Virus record (IMG/VR): IMGVR_UViG_3300050821_010409
Location: 30,160 to 94,159 of that record
Length of the DNA: 64,000 bases
Reading direction: 5' to 3' (one strand)
DNA from: a virus
Taxonomy: Duplodnaviria > Heunggongvirae > Uroviricota > Caudoviricetes
The notes under the pieces were generated by a model. It saw nothing but the letters and a program-made list of their open reading frames with translations. It did no database searches and had not been told where the DNA came from. This document shows, one piece after another, positions 1 to 9,445 of the stretch (within the stretch, counting starts at the first letter, position 1; each line of letters begins with the position of its first letter). The position numbers and the translations under genes are program-made.

Positions 1-36
1 CGATGAAGCCGCGAGCAGACGGGCCGGTGAACTGAG

Positions 37-3000
37 ATGGCAGACAGCCTCGTCATCGCCGACATCATTGAGGTGCTCGGCGCCGGGAGCGGCGTGCAGA
101 GTGACATCCCGGCACTGGTGAACGCAGCCGGGACAGGCGCCGTCTTCCGGCTGCTCGCGCCGTCCTCCACGGGGGGAACGGCGCTGGGCTCGCAGCTCGC
201 CTGGGACCTGGGCGCCCCCGACCCCACGACGGACCTGGTCCAGTCGCTGCTGCTGGACGGCGAGCGGCCCTTCGGCGTCCGGGCCAGCAACCGGACGATC
301 ACGCTGCCCGTCAAGATCACCGCTCCTGACCAGGCCACGCTGTCGGCGGCCAAGGAGTTCCTGATCCAGGCCATCGACGCGCCGACGTGGACGCTGACCT
401 GGACGCCCGCCTCCACGGGGCTGGCCCAGGTCTTTGACTGCTTTCGCGCGCTGCCGACGGTGTACTCCTACGGCTTCCTGCCCGGCCAGCCGTCACCCAT
501 CGCCATCATCACGCTGCAGTTCCAGGCGCTGCCCTACATCCGCAGCGCCCCGGACGCGCTCACGAACGTGGCCTTCGCCAGCCCGATCCTCGGCGGGATC
601 GCCGCGCCGCCCGCGCCGGTCATCCTGGACAACTTCGCCGCGGTGTCGGGCGCCAACTGGACGTCCAGCACCCAGTTCGTCGTCGGCCCGCACTCCGCGC
701 ACTACCAGCCGCCGAATGCCACCTACGTGCCGGTCACCTACGCCAAGAGCGGGCTGTCCTTCGACATCACCGGGCTGACGGCCCTGTCGGTCTGGCTCGG
801 CCAGTCCTATGACACCACGCACTGGGGGGCGCCGGCTGCCACGTTCGCCTCCAACGTGACCATGCGCTGGACGCTCACCGACGCCTTCAGCAACAAGCTC
901 ACGTTCTCCCGGACGATGAGCAAGGTCCCGTGGTCCAACAAGGCCACCACGCCCAAGTGGACCCGGGTCACCGCGCCCGTCCCGCAAGGCGTGGCCCACT
1001 TCACCTACACGCAGGTCGCCAGCTACTCCGTGACGCTGTCCAACTGGGCTGGCGGCGGCAAGACCGCGTACGTCCGGATGAACGCGTGGCTGGACTCGGT
1101 GACCGCCAACCCGCCGTCCCTGGCCGCGCCCGCCAGCCAGCGCGGCGTGATGTACAACGTCATGGGCGTCCCGGGCACGGCCCGGACGCCGGTGAGCTGC
1201 CAGTTCCAGCTGCCGCAGTCCGGCAACGTGTCCATTGAGCTGGAAGGCTCCGGTGTGTGGTGGCCGCCGGTGGGGGTCACGTCCGTCAAGGCGGAGTGCA
1301 TCGGCGGCGGCGGCTCCGGCGGTACGCGCTCCACCTCTGGCCAGGGCGGCGGCGGCGGCGGCGGCGAGTACGCCGCGGAGGCCGCGCTGACCGTGGCCGA
1401 GGGCACGCCCGTGCCGTTCTCCTGCGGGACCGGGGGCCAGCCGGGCGCCGCGCAGCAGTCCGTCACGTTCACCGTCTCCGGCGGCGGGAACTGGACGTGC
1501 CCGGCAGGCGTCACCACCGTCCTGGCCGAGTGCTGGGGCGGCGGCGCGCGGGGCGCTGACGGCGGAGGCGGAGGAGGCGGCGGTGAGTACGCCGCCGAGC
1601 CCTCGCTCGCGGTCACTGCCGGCAAGACGTACAAGTTCTCCGTGGGCGCCGGCGGCATCTTCGTGCAGAACTCCGCCAGCAAGGCCAACGGGCAGCCCTC
1701 GTCGTTCACCGGCGATTCGGTCACCGTCACGGCGCACGGCGGCGTCATCCCCACGACGGGCGGCACGACGGGGGGCACGGGGGGCACGGGCAGCGCCAAC
1801 ACCACGCACCACAACGGGGGAGCGGGCGGCACGTCGCCGTCCTACGCCGGCGGGGGCGGCGGGGGCGGGGGCGGCACCGCAGCCGGGGGCAACGCCGGCA
1901 GCAACGGGTCCGGGAACACCGGCGGCGCCGGGGCCGTGGCCGTGACGGGTGGCGGCGCGGGTGGCGCGGGCGCGAACAACCCAGGCTTTCCCGTGACCGG
2001 CTCCGGTCCGGGTGGCGGAGGAGGTGGCGGGTACGGGAACCTGGGCAACCAGCCCGGGGCCGCTGGCGCAGCCGGCCAGGTCAAGGTCACCTACACGGTT
2101 GCGGGCGGCAGCGCCGTCAACGGCGGCACCACCACCTTCGGCTCCGCGGCCACCACCGGCGCCGTGGTCACCGCGCACGGCGGCTCATCCGTCGCGCTCA
2201 ACACGGCCACGGGCGGCGCCGGCGGCACGGGCAGCGCGAACACCACGCACAACAATGGCGGGGCAGGCGGCGCCGGGTCCACCAACGGCGGTGGCGGGGG
2301 CGGCTCCGGCGGCAGCGGCTCAGCGGGCAACGCCGGGACCATCGGGTCCTCAGGAGGCGCCGGGGCGACAGCGGTGACCGGCGGCGGCAAGGGCGCCAAC
2401 GGCGGCACCGCAGCCGTGGACGTCGGCGACGGCGCGTCCCCTCCTGGGGGCGGCGGGGGCGGGGCCGTCACGACCGGGGCCACGGAGGCCGGCGGCGCGG
2501 GCGGCAACGGGAACGTGGTGCTGACCTGGACGCCGCCGCTGGCCCCGTTCGCCACCTTGATCGCGCACCGGCCCGGCGCCCAGTCGCCTCCGGAACTGAA
2601 CCCGATCGTGCCCATCGGGAACACCTCCGATACGCCCTCAGGCACCCAGTATGTTGTCTCAAGCCTGGTCGCAGGCGTGAACGCGCAGTTCAACGGCACG
2701 TACACCGTGGTGCTGACCGCCTACAACTGGAACAGCCCGTCATCAGCGCGCTCGGTCACCGTCACGGTGAACCAGTCAGAGTACCTGGGCGGCAACACGT
2801 ACGCCTCCTCGGTGGCGCGCACCTTCACCCCCTCCACCGACATCACCAACGGCATCGTGGTCATGGGCGAGCTGACGCTGCCGGTGAAGTACGTGGACCC
2901 GTCCAACACCTCCGCGTCATTCAGCGTGTCCATCACTGACACCAACACCGCGGACCAGTTCCTGGACGTGATCTTCCTGGACACGCAAGGGTCGAGCGTG

Positions 3001-3258
3001 CTCGTCAACGTCCCGGGGGGAAACACCTACGCCAACATGTTCATTGACGAGCCGACCATCGAGTATGACCTGGGCCGCATCCTCGGCTCCGACCTGGACC
3101 GGTCGCAGTCTGTCAGCCTGCTGGACGCCGCCATCATCTCCGGCTCGCCGTTCTACATCACGCCAGGGGACAACCTGTTCCTTGCCTACGCCGTGGAAGG
3201 CGCTCCCGATCTCGCTTTGTCGTACCTTTCGCGGTGGTACCTGGAGAGGCAGGTGTGA
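37..3258 (+). CDS. glycine-rich minor tail / tail-fibre protein (1073 aa)
   Basis: Long ORF with poly-Gly tracts. Repeated module W-CPAGVT-V..CWGGG..GGGGGG-YAAE occurs twice and again in the next ORF. Internal duplication VTAHGG..TGG.GGTGSANTTH(H/N)NGGAGG. Composition is typical of actinophage minor tail proteins. Confidence 0.6.
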   Translation: MADSLVIADIIEVLGAGSGVQSDIPALVNAAGTGAVFRLLAPSSTGGTALGSQLAWDLGAPDPTTDLVQSLLLDGERPFGVRASNRTITLPVKITAPDQATLSAAKEFLIQAIDAPTWTLTWTPASTGLAQVFDCFRALPTVYSYGFLPGQPSPIAIITLQFQALPYIRSAPDALTNVAFASPILGGIAAPPAPVILDNFAAVSGANWTSSTQFVVGPHSAHYQPPNATYVPVTYAKSGLSFDITGLTALSVWLGQSYDTTHWGAPAATFASNVTMRWTLTDAFSNKLTFSRTMSKVPWSNKATTPKWTRVTAPVPQGVAHFTYTQVASYSVTLSNWAGGGKTAYVRMNAWLDSVTANPPSLAAPASQRGVMYNVMGVPGTARTPVSCQFQLPQSGNVSIELEGSGVWWPPVGVTSVKAECIGGGGSGGTRSTSGQGGGGGGGEYAAEAALTVAEGTPVPFSCGTGGQPGAAQQSVTFTVSGGGNWTCPAGVTTVLAECWGGGARGADGGGGGGGGEYAAEPSLAVTAGKTYKFSVGAGGIFVQNSASKANGQPSSFTGDSVTVTAHGGVIPTTGGTTGGTGGTGSANTTHHNGGAGGTSPSYAGGGGGGGGGTAAGGNAGSNGSGNTGGAGAVAVTGGGAGGAGANNPGFPVTGSGPGGGGGGGYGNLGNQPGAAGAAGQVKVTYTVAGGSAVNGGTTTFGSAATTGAVVTAHGGSSVALNTATGGAGGTGSANTTHNNGGAGGAGSTNGGGGGGSGGSGSAGNAGTIGSSGGAGATAVTGGGKGANGGTAAVDVGDGASPPGGGGGGAVTTGATEAGGAGGNGNVVLTWTPPLAPFATLIAHRPGAQSPPELNPIVPIGNTSDTPSGTQYVVSSLVAGVNAQFNGTYTVVLTAYNWNSPSSARSVTVTVNQSEYLGGNTYASSVARTFTPSTDITNGIVVMGELTLPVKYVDPSNTSASFSVSITDTNTADQFLDVIFLDTQGSSVLVNVPGGNTYANMFIDEPTIEYDLGRILGSDLDRSQSVSLLDAAIISGSPFYITPGDNLFLAYAVEGAPDLALSYLSRWYLERQV

Positions 3259-3288
3259 AAATGTTCATTTTCCCGTTGGGGGCGACTG

Positions 3289-5505
3289 ATGCCCGGGCCC
3301 AATGACCCGTCCCTGGTGGCGAAGGCGCTGTCCAAGGCGCAGGCCGTCGAAAGCCGGCTGAACGCGCTGGTGGGGAACCAGGGGCAGCCCTTCGTGGTCT
3401 ACAACCCGTCGGTGACCGTTGTCACGCAGAACGTGGCCGGGAGCTACACCTGGACGTGCCCGGCCGGGGTGACGGTTGTGCAGGTTCAGTGCTGGGGAGC
3501 GGGCGGCGGCGGCGACGGCGGCAACGCCACCACGGGCGCGGCTGGCGGCGGCGGCGGCGCGTACGCCGAGGAGACCTTCTACCCTGTCGTGCCCGGCACC
3601 GTCTACAGCTACGTGGTCGGCGACGGCGGCGATGGCGCGCTGTCGAATGCCGGCCAGGGCTGCCCAGGCGGCCCGAGCTACTTTGACCTGGGCGGCGTGT
3701 CCGGCGGCCCGGGCGTCTTCGCCAATGGCGGCGGCGCGGGAGTGAGCCTGGTTGGCGGCACGGGCGGCGCGGCCACGCCAGGGCAGCTCATCTCCTGGGC
3801 GGGCGGCAACGGCGGCGGTGACGGCACCCAGTCCACCGGCGGCTGCGGTGGCGGTTCCTCTGCCAGCACTGTCAGCAACGGCAACAACGGCGCCAAGTCT
3901 GCCTCCGGCACGGGAGGCGCTGGCGGCGCGGACACGCACGGCGCCAACCAGGGAGCCGGCGGCAACGGCGGGAACTCAGGCGCCACCGGCTCAGACGGCA
4001 ATTCCCCGGGTGCCGGGTCGGGCGGCGTCGGGGCCTCATCGGTGCCTGCAGGCCTGGTCATCGAGAACTACAATCCCACCGCTTCTGCCACGTACTACGG
4101 CAGCGACGCCATCGGCGGCAACGCCAACAACAAGGACGCCGCCGTCGGCGCGGTGATGTGGCAGGGCGGCACCGGCACCAGTGACGGCCTGTACGCCGGG
4201 ACGCTGAAGTCCGTCATGATCTTGCCGTCATCGGTGCAGTCCGACCTGAGCGGCGTCACCGTCGACAACGTCCTGCTGACGGTGTCCAACGTCAGCACGT
4301 ACTACAGCGCCGGGGTGACCGTGGCCCTGGGCTTCGCGGCCTTCACCGCGCTGCCTGCCACCTTCGACGGCGTGACGGGCGTCACCAGCGCCCTGACGTT
4401 CACCGCGCCGCAAGGCGCCGTCCACGTCCAGCAGGCATCGGACCCGCTGGCCGTCCCGCTGGGGTCCGGGACGGCCAAGGCCCTCGTCTTCGGGCCGGGC
4501 CCGAACCTCCTGGACCTCACGTACTACGGGTCCTTCGCCGGCGCCGGGCAGTCCGGGGCGCCGCTGCTGACGGTCGTGGGCCATACCGGATCCGCGCCCA
4601 TCCACAGCGGCGACGGCTCAGACGGCCAGGTCCAGGTCACCTACGTGACCAACGGCGCGGCCATCGGCGCCATGCAGCCCGCGGCCGGGTCGGACGCGGC
4701 CGGGAACGCCTTCAGCTCTGGCTTCTCCGGGCAGGTCAGCGCCTTCGTGCCCGGCTCCAACCCGCGCCAGCTGGAAGTGCCCAACGCGGCCAGCTTCGTC
4801 AACAGCTGGACCGGGTCCCTGCAGTACAAGATGCTGCCGTTCAACTGCGTGATGATCTCCGGCCAGGTCACCCCGCCCGGTGGCGTGGCCAATCCCTCCA
4901 ACGTCAACACCGCGCTGAGCACCTCCTACCGGCCTAACAGCACGCAGTACCTGAATGCCGTGGAGGACCCGGGCGGCGCGCACCTGGGGCAGGCGCTGAT
5001 CTGCCAGATGCAGACCAGCGGGCAGATCCAGGTCTTTGACGCCACGGCCGGGGAGGCCATCCGCATCTTCGGCATTTACCCCCTTGACTTCTTATGCGTG
5101 CCCACCCTGAGGAAAGGCGCCGATGATGGCCCTGTTCACCGCAGTCTCCAATGCGGGACTGGTCACCCAGAACGCGACCGAGGTCGCCCGCAACGTCCGG
5201 GACGCCCTGACCGCTGCCGTCAACTTCTACGCGTGGCTGTCCGCGCAATCCGATGGCGACCTTCAGGGCGCGAGCATTTCCACGGGCGACATCGCGTTCA
5301 TGCGGTCCATGGCCGCGGACCTGAACGCTTTCGCCAACATCTACCACGGCCAGGCGCCGGGCGGGAATTACGTGCTTCCCTACCCGTTCGTGAACTCATC
5401 CACCGAAGTAATCGGCGCGCAGTAGAGGAGCAGCCGCGCCTTCGCACGCCGTCGTCACGGCAGCGGCACGAAGGCCGCAGCGCGGCTGCCCATATCACAG
5501 TGTAG
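3289..5505 (+). CDS. second glycine-rich minor tail protein; the true C-terminus is probably near 5110-5125, and the ORF tail beyond that looks off-frame
   Basis: Shares the WTCPAGVTVVQVQCWGAGGGG..YAEE module with the first ORF. Translation after ~5110 turns Arg-rich with no stop until 5505, while a clean ORF with an RBS runs in another frame from 5123. Confidence 0.5.
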   Translation: MPGPNDPSLVAKALSKAQAVESRLNALVGNQGQPFVVYNPSVTVVTQNVAGSYTWTCPAGVTVVQVQCWGAGGGGDGGNATTGAAGGGGGAYAEETFYPVVPGTVYSYVVGDGGDGALSNAGQGCPGGPSYFDLGGVSGGPGVFANGGGAGVSLVGGTGGAATPGQLISWAGGNGGGDGTQSTGGCGGGSSASTVSNGNNGAKSASGTGGAGGADTHGANQGAGGNGGNSGATGSDGNSPGAGSGGVGASSVPAGLVIENYNPTASATYYGSDAIGGNANNKDAAVGAVMWQGGTGTSDGLYAGTLKSVMILPSSVQSDLSGVTVDNVLLTVSNVSTYYSAGVTVALGFAAFTALPATFDGVTGVTSALTFTAPQGAVHVQQASDPLAVPLGSGTAKALVFGPGPNLLDLTYYGSFAGAGQSGAPLLTVVGHTGSAPIHSGDGSDGQVQVTYVTNGAAIGAMQPAAGSDAAGNAFSSGFSGQVSAFVPGSNPRQLEVPNAASFVNSWTGSLQYKMLPFNCVMISGQVTPPGGVANPSNVNTALSTSYRPNSTQYLNAVEDPGGAHLGQALICQMQTSGQIQVFDATAGEAIRIFGIYPLDFLCVPTLRKGADDGPVHRSLQCGTGHPERDRGRPQRPGRPDRCRQLLRVAVRAIRWRPSGREHFHGRHRVHAVHGRGPERFRQHLPRPGAGRELRASLPVRELIHRSNRRAVEEQPRLRTPSSRQRHEGRSAAAHITV
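5123..5425 (+). CDS. small hypothetical protein (100 aa), possibly a tail assembly or C-terminal tail-fibre segment
   Basis: RBS GAGGAAAGG lies 6 nt before ATGATG; the amino-acid sequence looks native; it overlaps the tail of the 3289 ORF in another frame. Confidence 0.4.
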   Translation: MMALFTAVSNAGLVTQNATEVARNVRDALTAAVNFYAWLSAQSDGDLQGASISTGDIAFMRSMAADLNAFANIYHGQAPGGNYVLPYPFVNSSTEVIGAQ

Positions 5506-5513
5506 AGGAGGAG

Positions 5514-6953
5514 GTGGCCCCACTGGCACTGGAGCAGCTCAACTACAGCCAAGTCGTTACATTCGCACCACAAAACCAGCCCTGGTCCTTCCCGCTGGCC
5601 GGCGGGGGCAAGGCCGGGTCGTGGGCATTCAGCTGGAACGGCTACCCCTACATTGCCGTGGGCATCACGCAGGCGCAGTCCATCCAGGTGGGGGACGTCT
5701 TCCAGCTGTACACCGGGGCATCGCTGAAGGAGCCGACGCTGTTCCAGGTGGCTGCCATCGGGGTGCCGGCCTTCGGCTTCCTGGACGTGTTCTTCACGCC
5801 GTCACCACTGGCGACCCCCACGTCATCTGACACGGCCACGTCCATCCCGCGGCCGACCTCCCCACGATGGCTCGGCTCGATCGGCCACGTCACCAACCTG
5901 GTGCGCAGCTACAGCTGCCCGGGGGGGCCGGACACGCTCAGCCTGCTGCTGCGGCTGCCGCCGGAGTACCGCACCGATGCGCTCAACCCAGGGCGGGTGG
6001 TGCAGGCATGGCGCGGGGCGTCCTGCATCTGGGAGGGCAAGCTGGACGAGCCAGCGCCCTCGGCCAGCGGCTGGACGGTCACCGCGCACGGCGCCGGGAA
6101 CTATGGCAGTGACTTCGCCGCCACTTACGCCACCTGGAACGCAGACGACCCGGTGAACAAGGCCATCACCCGCGGGCTGCGCTGGGTTAACCCCGGCATC
6201 GGCAAGCCCGCGGGCATCTACCTCGCCCAGCAGCAGGACAGCGGCTCGGAAACCGTCACCGCGCACCTGGACCTGCTGATCACCGGCGGCGGGCTGCTGT
6301 GGAAGCTCACCCAGCCCGTCGCGTCCTCTCCTCCTGCCAGCCCGTGGCGGCTTCAGGTCGTCCCGTTCACCCAGGATGCCAATGGCAACCCCACGGCCAA
6401 GCCGGACCGCATCCTGGTCTGCAACACCCCGGTCGCGCGCACCATCGCCGCTGACGTCAACACCCTGGTGCTGCGCTACCAGGCCACCGCTGACGTGGCG
6501 GCCACGTCCACCAAGAAGGCCTCGGCCGCCACGTTCGCCATCACGACCGTGACGAACGCCAAGTCCGTGCTGGCGCACGGGCCCATGGAGTACTACATCG
6601 ACCTCAGCTCGGCCGGGGTGCTGACGGCGGCCAAGGCGCAGGCCATCGGGAGCAACATCCTGACCCGGTACGTCCGGGCCAGCTTCGCCGGGCCGTTCAC
6701 CGCCGGGCCCGGGCAGGTGCTCAACACCGCAGGGACGCCCGTGGACCTGGGCTGCGACCAGGCGGGGCTGGTGTACAAGGTCGTGGTCACGGACGCGTCG
6801 TACGGCGGGGAAGTCGCGCCGGCGCCCCTGACCTTCCTGTCTGGCGCCTATTCCTACGACGAGGACTCGGGGACGGCCACGATCACGCCGTTCCAGAGCT
6901 TCCGCGGGGACATTGCCAGCCTCATTGCCGCGCTGTACCCGGAGAAGTTCTAG
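5514..6953 (+). CDS. minor tail protein (479 aa)
   Basis: GTG start preceded by GAGGAGGAGG; lies in the tail gene block; 479 aa with no recognisable catalytic motif. Confidence 0.5.
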   Translation: MAPLALEQLNYSQVVTFAPQNQPWSFPLAGGGKAGSWAFSWNGYPYIAVGITQAQSIQVGDVFQLYTGASLKEPTLFQVAAIGVPAFGFLDVFFTPSPLATPTSSDTATSIPRPTSPRWLGSIGHVTNLVRSYSCPGGPDTLSLLLRLPPEYRTDALNPGRVVQAWRGASCIWEGKLDEPAPSASGWTVTAHGAGNYGSDFAATYATWNADDPVNKAITRGLRWVNPGIGKPAGIYLAQQQDSGSETVTAHLDLLITGGGLLWKLTQPVASSPPASPWRLQVVPFTQDANGNPTAKPDRILVCNTPVARTIAADVNTLVLRYQATADVAATSTKKASAATFAITTVTNAKSVLAHGPMEYYIDLSSAGVLTAAKAQAIGSNILTRYVRASFAGPFTAGPGQVLNTAGTPVDLGCDQAGLVYKVVVTDASYGGEVAPAPLTFLSGAYSYDEDSGTATITPFQSFRGDIASLIAALYPEKF

Positions 6954-6975
6954 CCAGCACGCGTGCAAGGCCCGG

Positions 6976-7239
6976 TCACGCGCCCGTGCTTGCTTCCTCC
7001 GCATACGTGACGGACTCAATGGCAATGCCCGGCTGGATGACCTGACGGCCCGCCTCCACGGTGCCCACCGTGAACGGCAGGGACAGGCAGCGGAACCACA
7101 CGGCGACTACCTCACCCGTGCCTGCATCCAGCTGGACGTCGATCGTGCCCGTCTGGTGAATGGTGCTGCCGGCCCCGTACTGCCTGCGCGGCCAGGCAGC
7201 GGGCGCTGGCTCTCCCTGGCTGAATCCCGGTATCCGCAT
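6976..7239 (-). CDS. hypothetical protein (87 aa), convergent with the tail genes
   Basis: RBS AGGGGGAAGG before the ATG; native-looking sequence. Confidence 0.4.
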   Translation of the reverse strand: MRIPGFSQGEPAPAAWPRRQYGAGSTIHQTGTIDVQLDAGTGEVVAVWFRCLSLPFTVGTVEAGRQVIQPGIAIESVTYAEEASTGA

Positions 7240-7268
7240 CGGCCTTCCCCCTTAGCAGGAGCCCTGAT

Positions 7269-7363
7269 CTGGCTGGCACACGCTCGTTGGCTGACCTGTT
7301 CTGGCTGGCACACGTTCGTTGGCTGAACTGTTCTGGCTGGCACATGCTCGTTGGCGGCGCTTG
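7269..7363. repeat. three tandem ~32-bp direct repeats (CTGGCTGGCACACGCTCGTTGGCTGACCTGTT and two variants)
   Basis: Seen directly in the divergent intergenic region between the minus gene 6976-7239 and the plus gene 7397. Confidence 0.85.
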
Positions 7364-7396
7364 TATCATACAGGGAAATACTCTTAGGAGGATCCA

Positions 7397-7665
7397 TGCA
7401 GGTGCCACGCCTGGTCAGCCCGCTCACTAACCCTAACGGCTGGATCGCCGCGGCGGGAGCCGTCCTCGCCGTCGTCGTCATGGTCAACAATGCCGTGCAC
7501 GGGCGCGGCGCGTTCGACGCCACTGCGCTGGTCTCCGCTGCCGCTGCCGTGGCCGCCCTGATCAGCCGCCAGTACGTCACGCCCGTGGCAGACCCGCGGG
7601 ACGGCAACGGCAACCCCCTGACGGCCGCGCCCCCGGTGCCGCCCGCGCCAGCGGCCAGGCCATGA
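7397..7665 (+). CDS. small 2-TM membrane protein, holin-like
   Basis: RBS AGGAGG lies 6 nt before the ATG; two hydrophobic segments; it sits at the head of the lysis-like cassette. Confidence 0.45.
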
Positions 7666-7785
7666 GGATCGTGCACTGGCACGCGCGTGACGGCGTGGCG
7701 GCCTGCGGCCGGTGGAGCACGTGGCTGACCGTCACGGCCAGCCAGGTGACGTGCCCGGCCTGCGCGCGGATGCTGGGGCGGCAGC

Positions 7786-8062
7786 CGTGACCGCGCCGAC
7801 TTACCATGACCTGCACGTCACCGCGCCGGGCATTTCCCGCACGAGCATCTTTCACCTGCCGTACGGCCTGAAGGTGACGTGCTGCCGGGTGGCCGGGTGG
7901 GCGTTGTGGCGCTATCCCGATTCCGGGTTCACGGGCGCGATTGACCCGGCACCCGTCTTGCTTGCCGGAGAGTACGCGCATCCCGGGAAATGGCTCGTCC
8001 TGGACGTCAGTGGCCACGTGATCGTGGACAGCAGGCGCCCCCTGGGTGAGGATGAACCATGA
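7786..8062 (+). CDS. hypothetical protein
   Basis: GTG start overlapping the stop of a 42-codon Zn-ribbon-like ORF (7662-7788) as GTGA. Confidence 0.3.
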
Positions 8063-8087
8063 CACTCATGGACTGTAAGGCTGCGCC

Positions 8088-8606
8088 GTGATCAAGGGCG
8101 TGCAGCCGGGGGACGTGCTGGCCGTGCGCACGAGCGGCTTCGCCGCCACGATGATCCGGCTCGGCGCCGCCCTGCAGGGCAAGCCGGACCTGAGCAACCA
8201 CATCGCCGTCGCCGATCACTGGGACGCCAAGGGCACGCTGTGGTGCATTGAGGGACGCCCGGGCGGCGTTGGCTGGCGGGACGCCACGGACTACCTGGCG
8301 TCCCCGTGGACGCTGGCCAACGTGCTGCAGGTCAAGACGGACGCCCAGCGCGACGTGGTCACCGCTGCCATGCGGGCGCTGCTCGGCACGCCGTACGACT
8401 GGGCGGCCATCGTCGGCGACGGCCTGGACGACCTGCACCTCTGGGACCCGGTCAACGGCCAGGTGCAGGGCCATGTCGTGTGCAGCGCGCTGGCCGCCTT
8501 CGGCTATGACAAGGCGGTGCTCGCGCGCCCGGCTGGCGGTGAGCGGAAAGTCCAGCCCGCTGACTGGGACCAGTGGGTGCTCACCCAGGCGTGGCGGCGC
8601 CCGTGA
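8088..8606 (+). CDS. hypothetical protein (172 aa)
   Basis: Native-looking ORF in the lysis region with conserved Cys and His residues; function unknown. Confidence 0.45.
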   Translation: MIKGVQPGDVLAVRTSGFAATMIRLGAALQGKPDLSNHIAVADHWDAKGTLWCIEGRPGGVGWRDATDYLASPWTLANVLQVKTDAQRDVVTAAMRALLGTPYDWAAIVGDGLDDLHLWDPVNGQVQGHVVCSALAAFGYDKAVLARPAGGERKVQPADWDQWVLTQAWRRP

Positions 8607-8965
8607 CTGCGGCGGCGTGCCCGTTCTGCGCGCGCATTGACCAGGGCGCGTATGACGAGGCCGATGACTGGTCAGTGACGTTCGGGTGCCGGGACCCGGC
8701 AGCGCCAGGACACCGGCTGTTCACGTCCCGGCACCACGCCCGGGACGTCCTGGCTGAACCAGGTGCAGCGGGCCACGTCCTGGCGCACGCCATCAGGTGG
8801 GCTGCTGGCCATGGGCTGGAGGACTGCGACTTCATCACGTCAGCAAGCCCGCAAGACGGCCATGTGCAGCACCTCCACGTCCACCTGGTCCCGCGGGCGC
8901 CCGGTGACGGGCTTTGCCTTCCGTGGGCCTGCCAGGGACGCGCTGACGACCACAGCCGGCCATGA
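8603..8965 (+). CDS. HIT (histidine triad) family protein
   Basis: HVQHLHVHLVP histidine-triad motif near the C-terminus; the GTG start overlaps the previous stop. Confidence 0.5.
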   Translation: MTAAACPFCARIDQGAYDEADDWSVTFGCRDPAAPGHRLFTSRHHARDVLAEPGAAGHVLAHAIRWAAGHGLEDCDFITSASPQDGHVQHLHVHLVPRAPGDGLCLPWACQGRADDHSRP

Positions 8966-9015
8966 TCGTCTGCTTCTAATGCGCCCGCCAGGGCATCCCA
9001 GGAGAGGTGACTCAG

Positions 9016-9308
9016 TGAACCAGGGCGATTCAGACCTTGAAGAACAGGTCCTCCAGCTGAAGAGCGTGGGCCTGTCTACCCGGCGCATAGCCCATGCCCT
9101 GGGAGACGTCAGCCAGTCCACCGTCGTGCGCATCCTGCAACGGGTCAACTCCGGGCCGCAACCAATCCAGGGTGAGGAAACGGGCACGCCAGCGCACCTT
9201 TCGCGGCTTCAGGTAACGATCCGGGTACTGCTCGTCACCGTTTTCTGCCTGCTGTCGGTGACGTTCATGGTGCTCACCGCCGCGGTGGCCACCATCGCCT
9301 GGAGGTAA
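9016..9308 (+). CDS. HTH DNA-binding protein with a C-terminal transmembrane segment
   Basis: RBS GGAGAGG before the GTG; LSTRRIAHALGDVSQSTVVRIL helix-turn-helix; hydrophobic C-terminus. Confidence 0.45.
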
Positions 9309-9445
9309 CGAACCAGCCACGGGCGCCGGTGATTCACGCGCGATTCACTCACCGCAGTCCTTGCGTCCGTGCAGATGCACGTGCTTAGCTCCCTGGAGCA
9401 CGACGGGAAAATACTCCGTCGCGATTCCGAGGAGCGTGATGCGCC

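Noticed and set aside
493-2178. Long antisense and alternative-frame ORFs (493-2178 minus, 1023-1832 minus, 2091-2705 minus, and similar) overlapping the glycine-rich tail genes.
   Set aside because: They are Arg/Pro/Ala-rich mirror-frame artefacts of ~70% GC DNA, where stop codons are rare. They have no RBS and no protein-like composition.
5823-7025. 400-aa minus-strand ORF antisense to the 5514-6953 tail gene.
   Set aside because: Arg/Gly/Pro-rich off-frame composition; the plus-strand gene has an RBS and sits in the context of the tail block.
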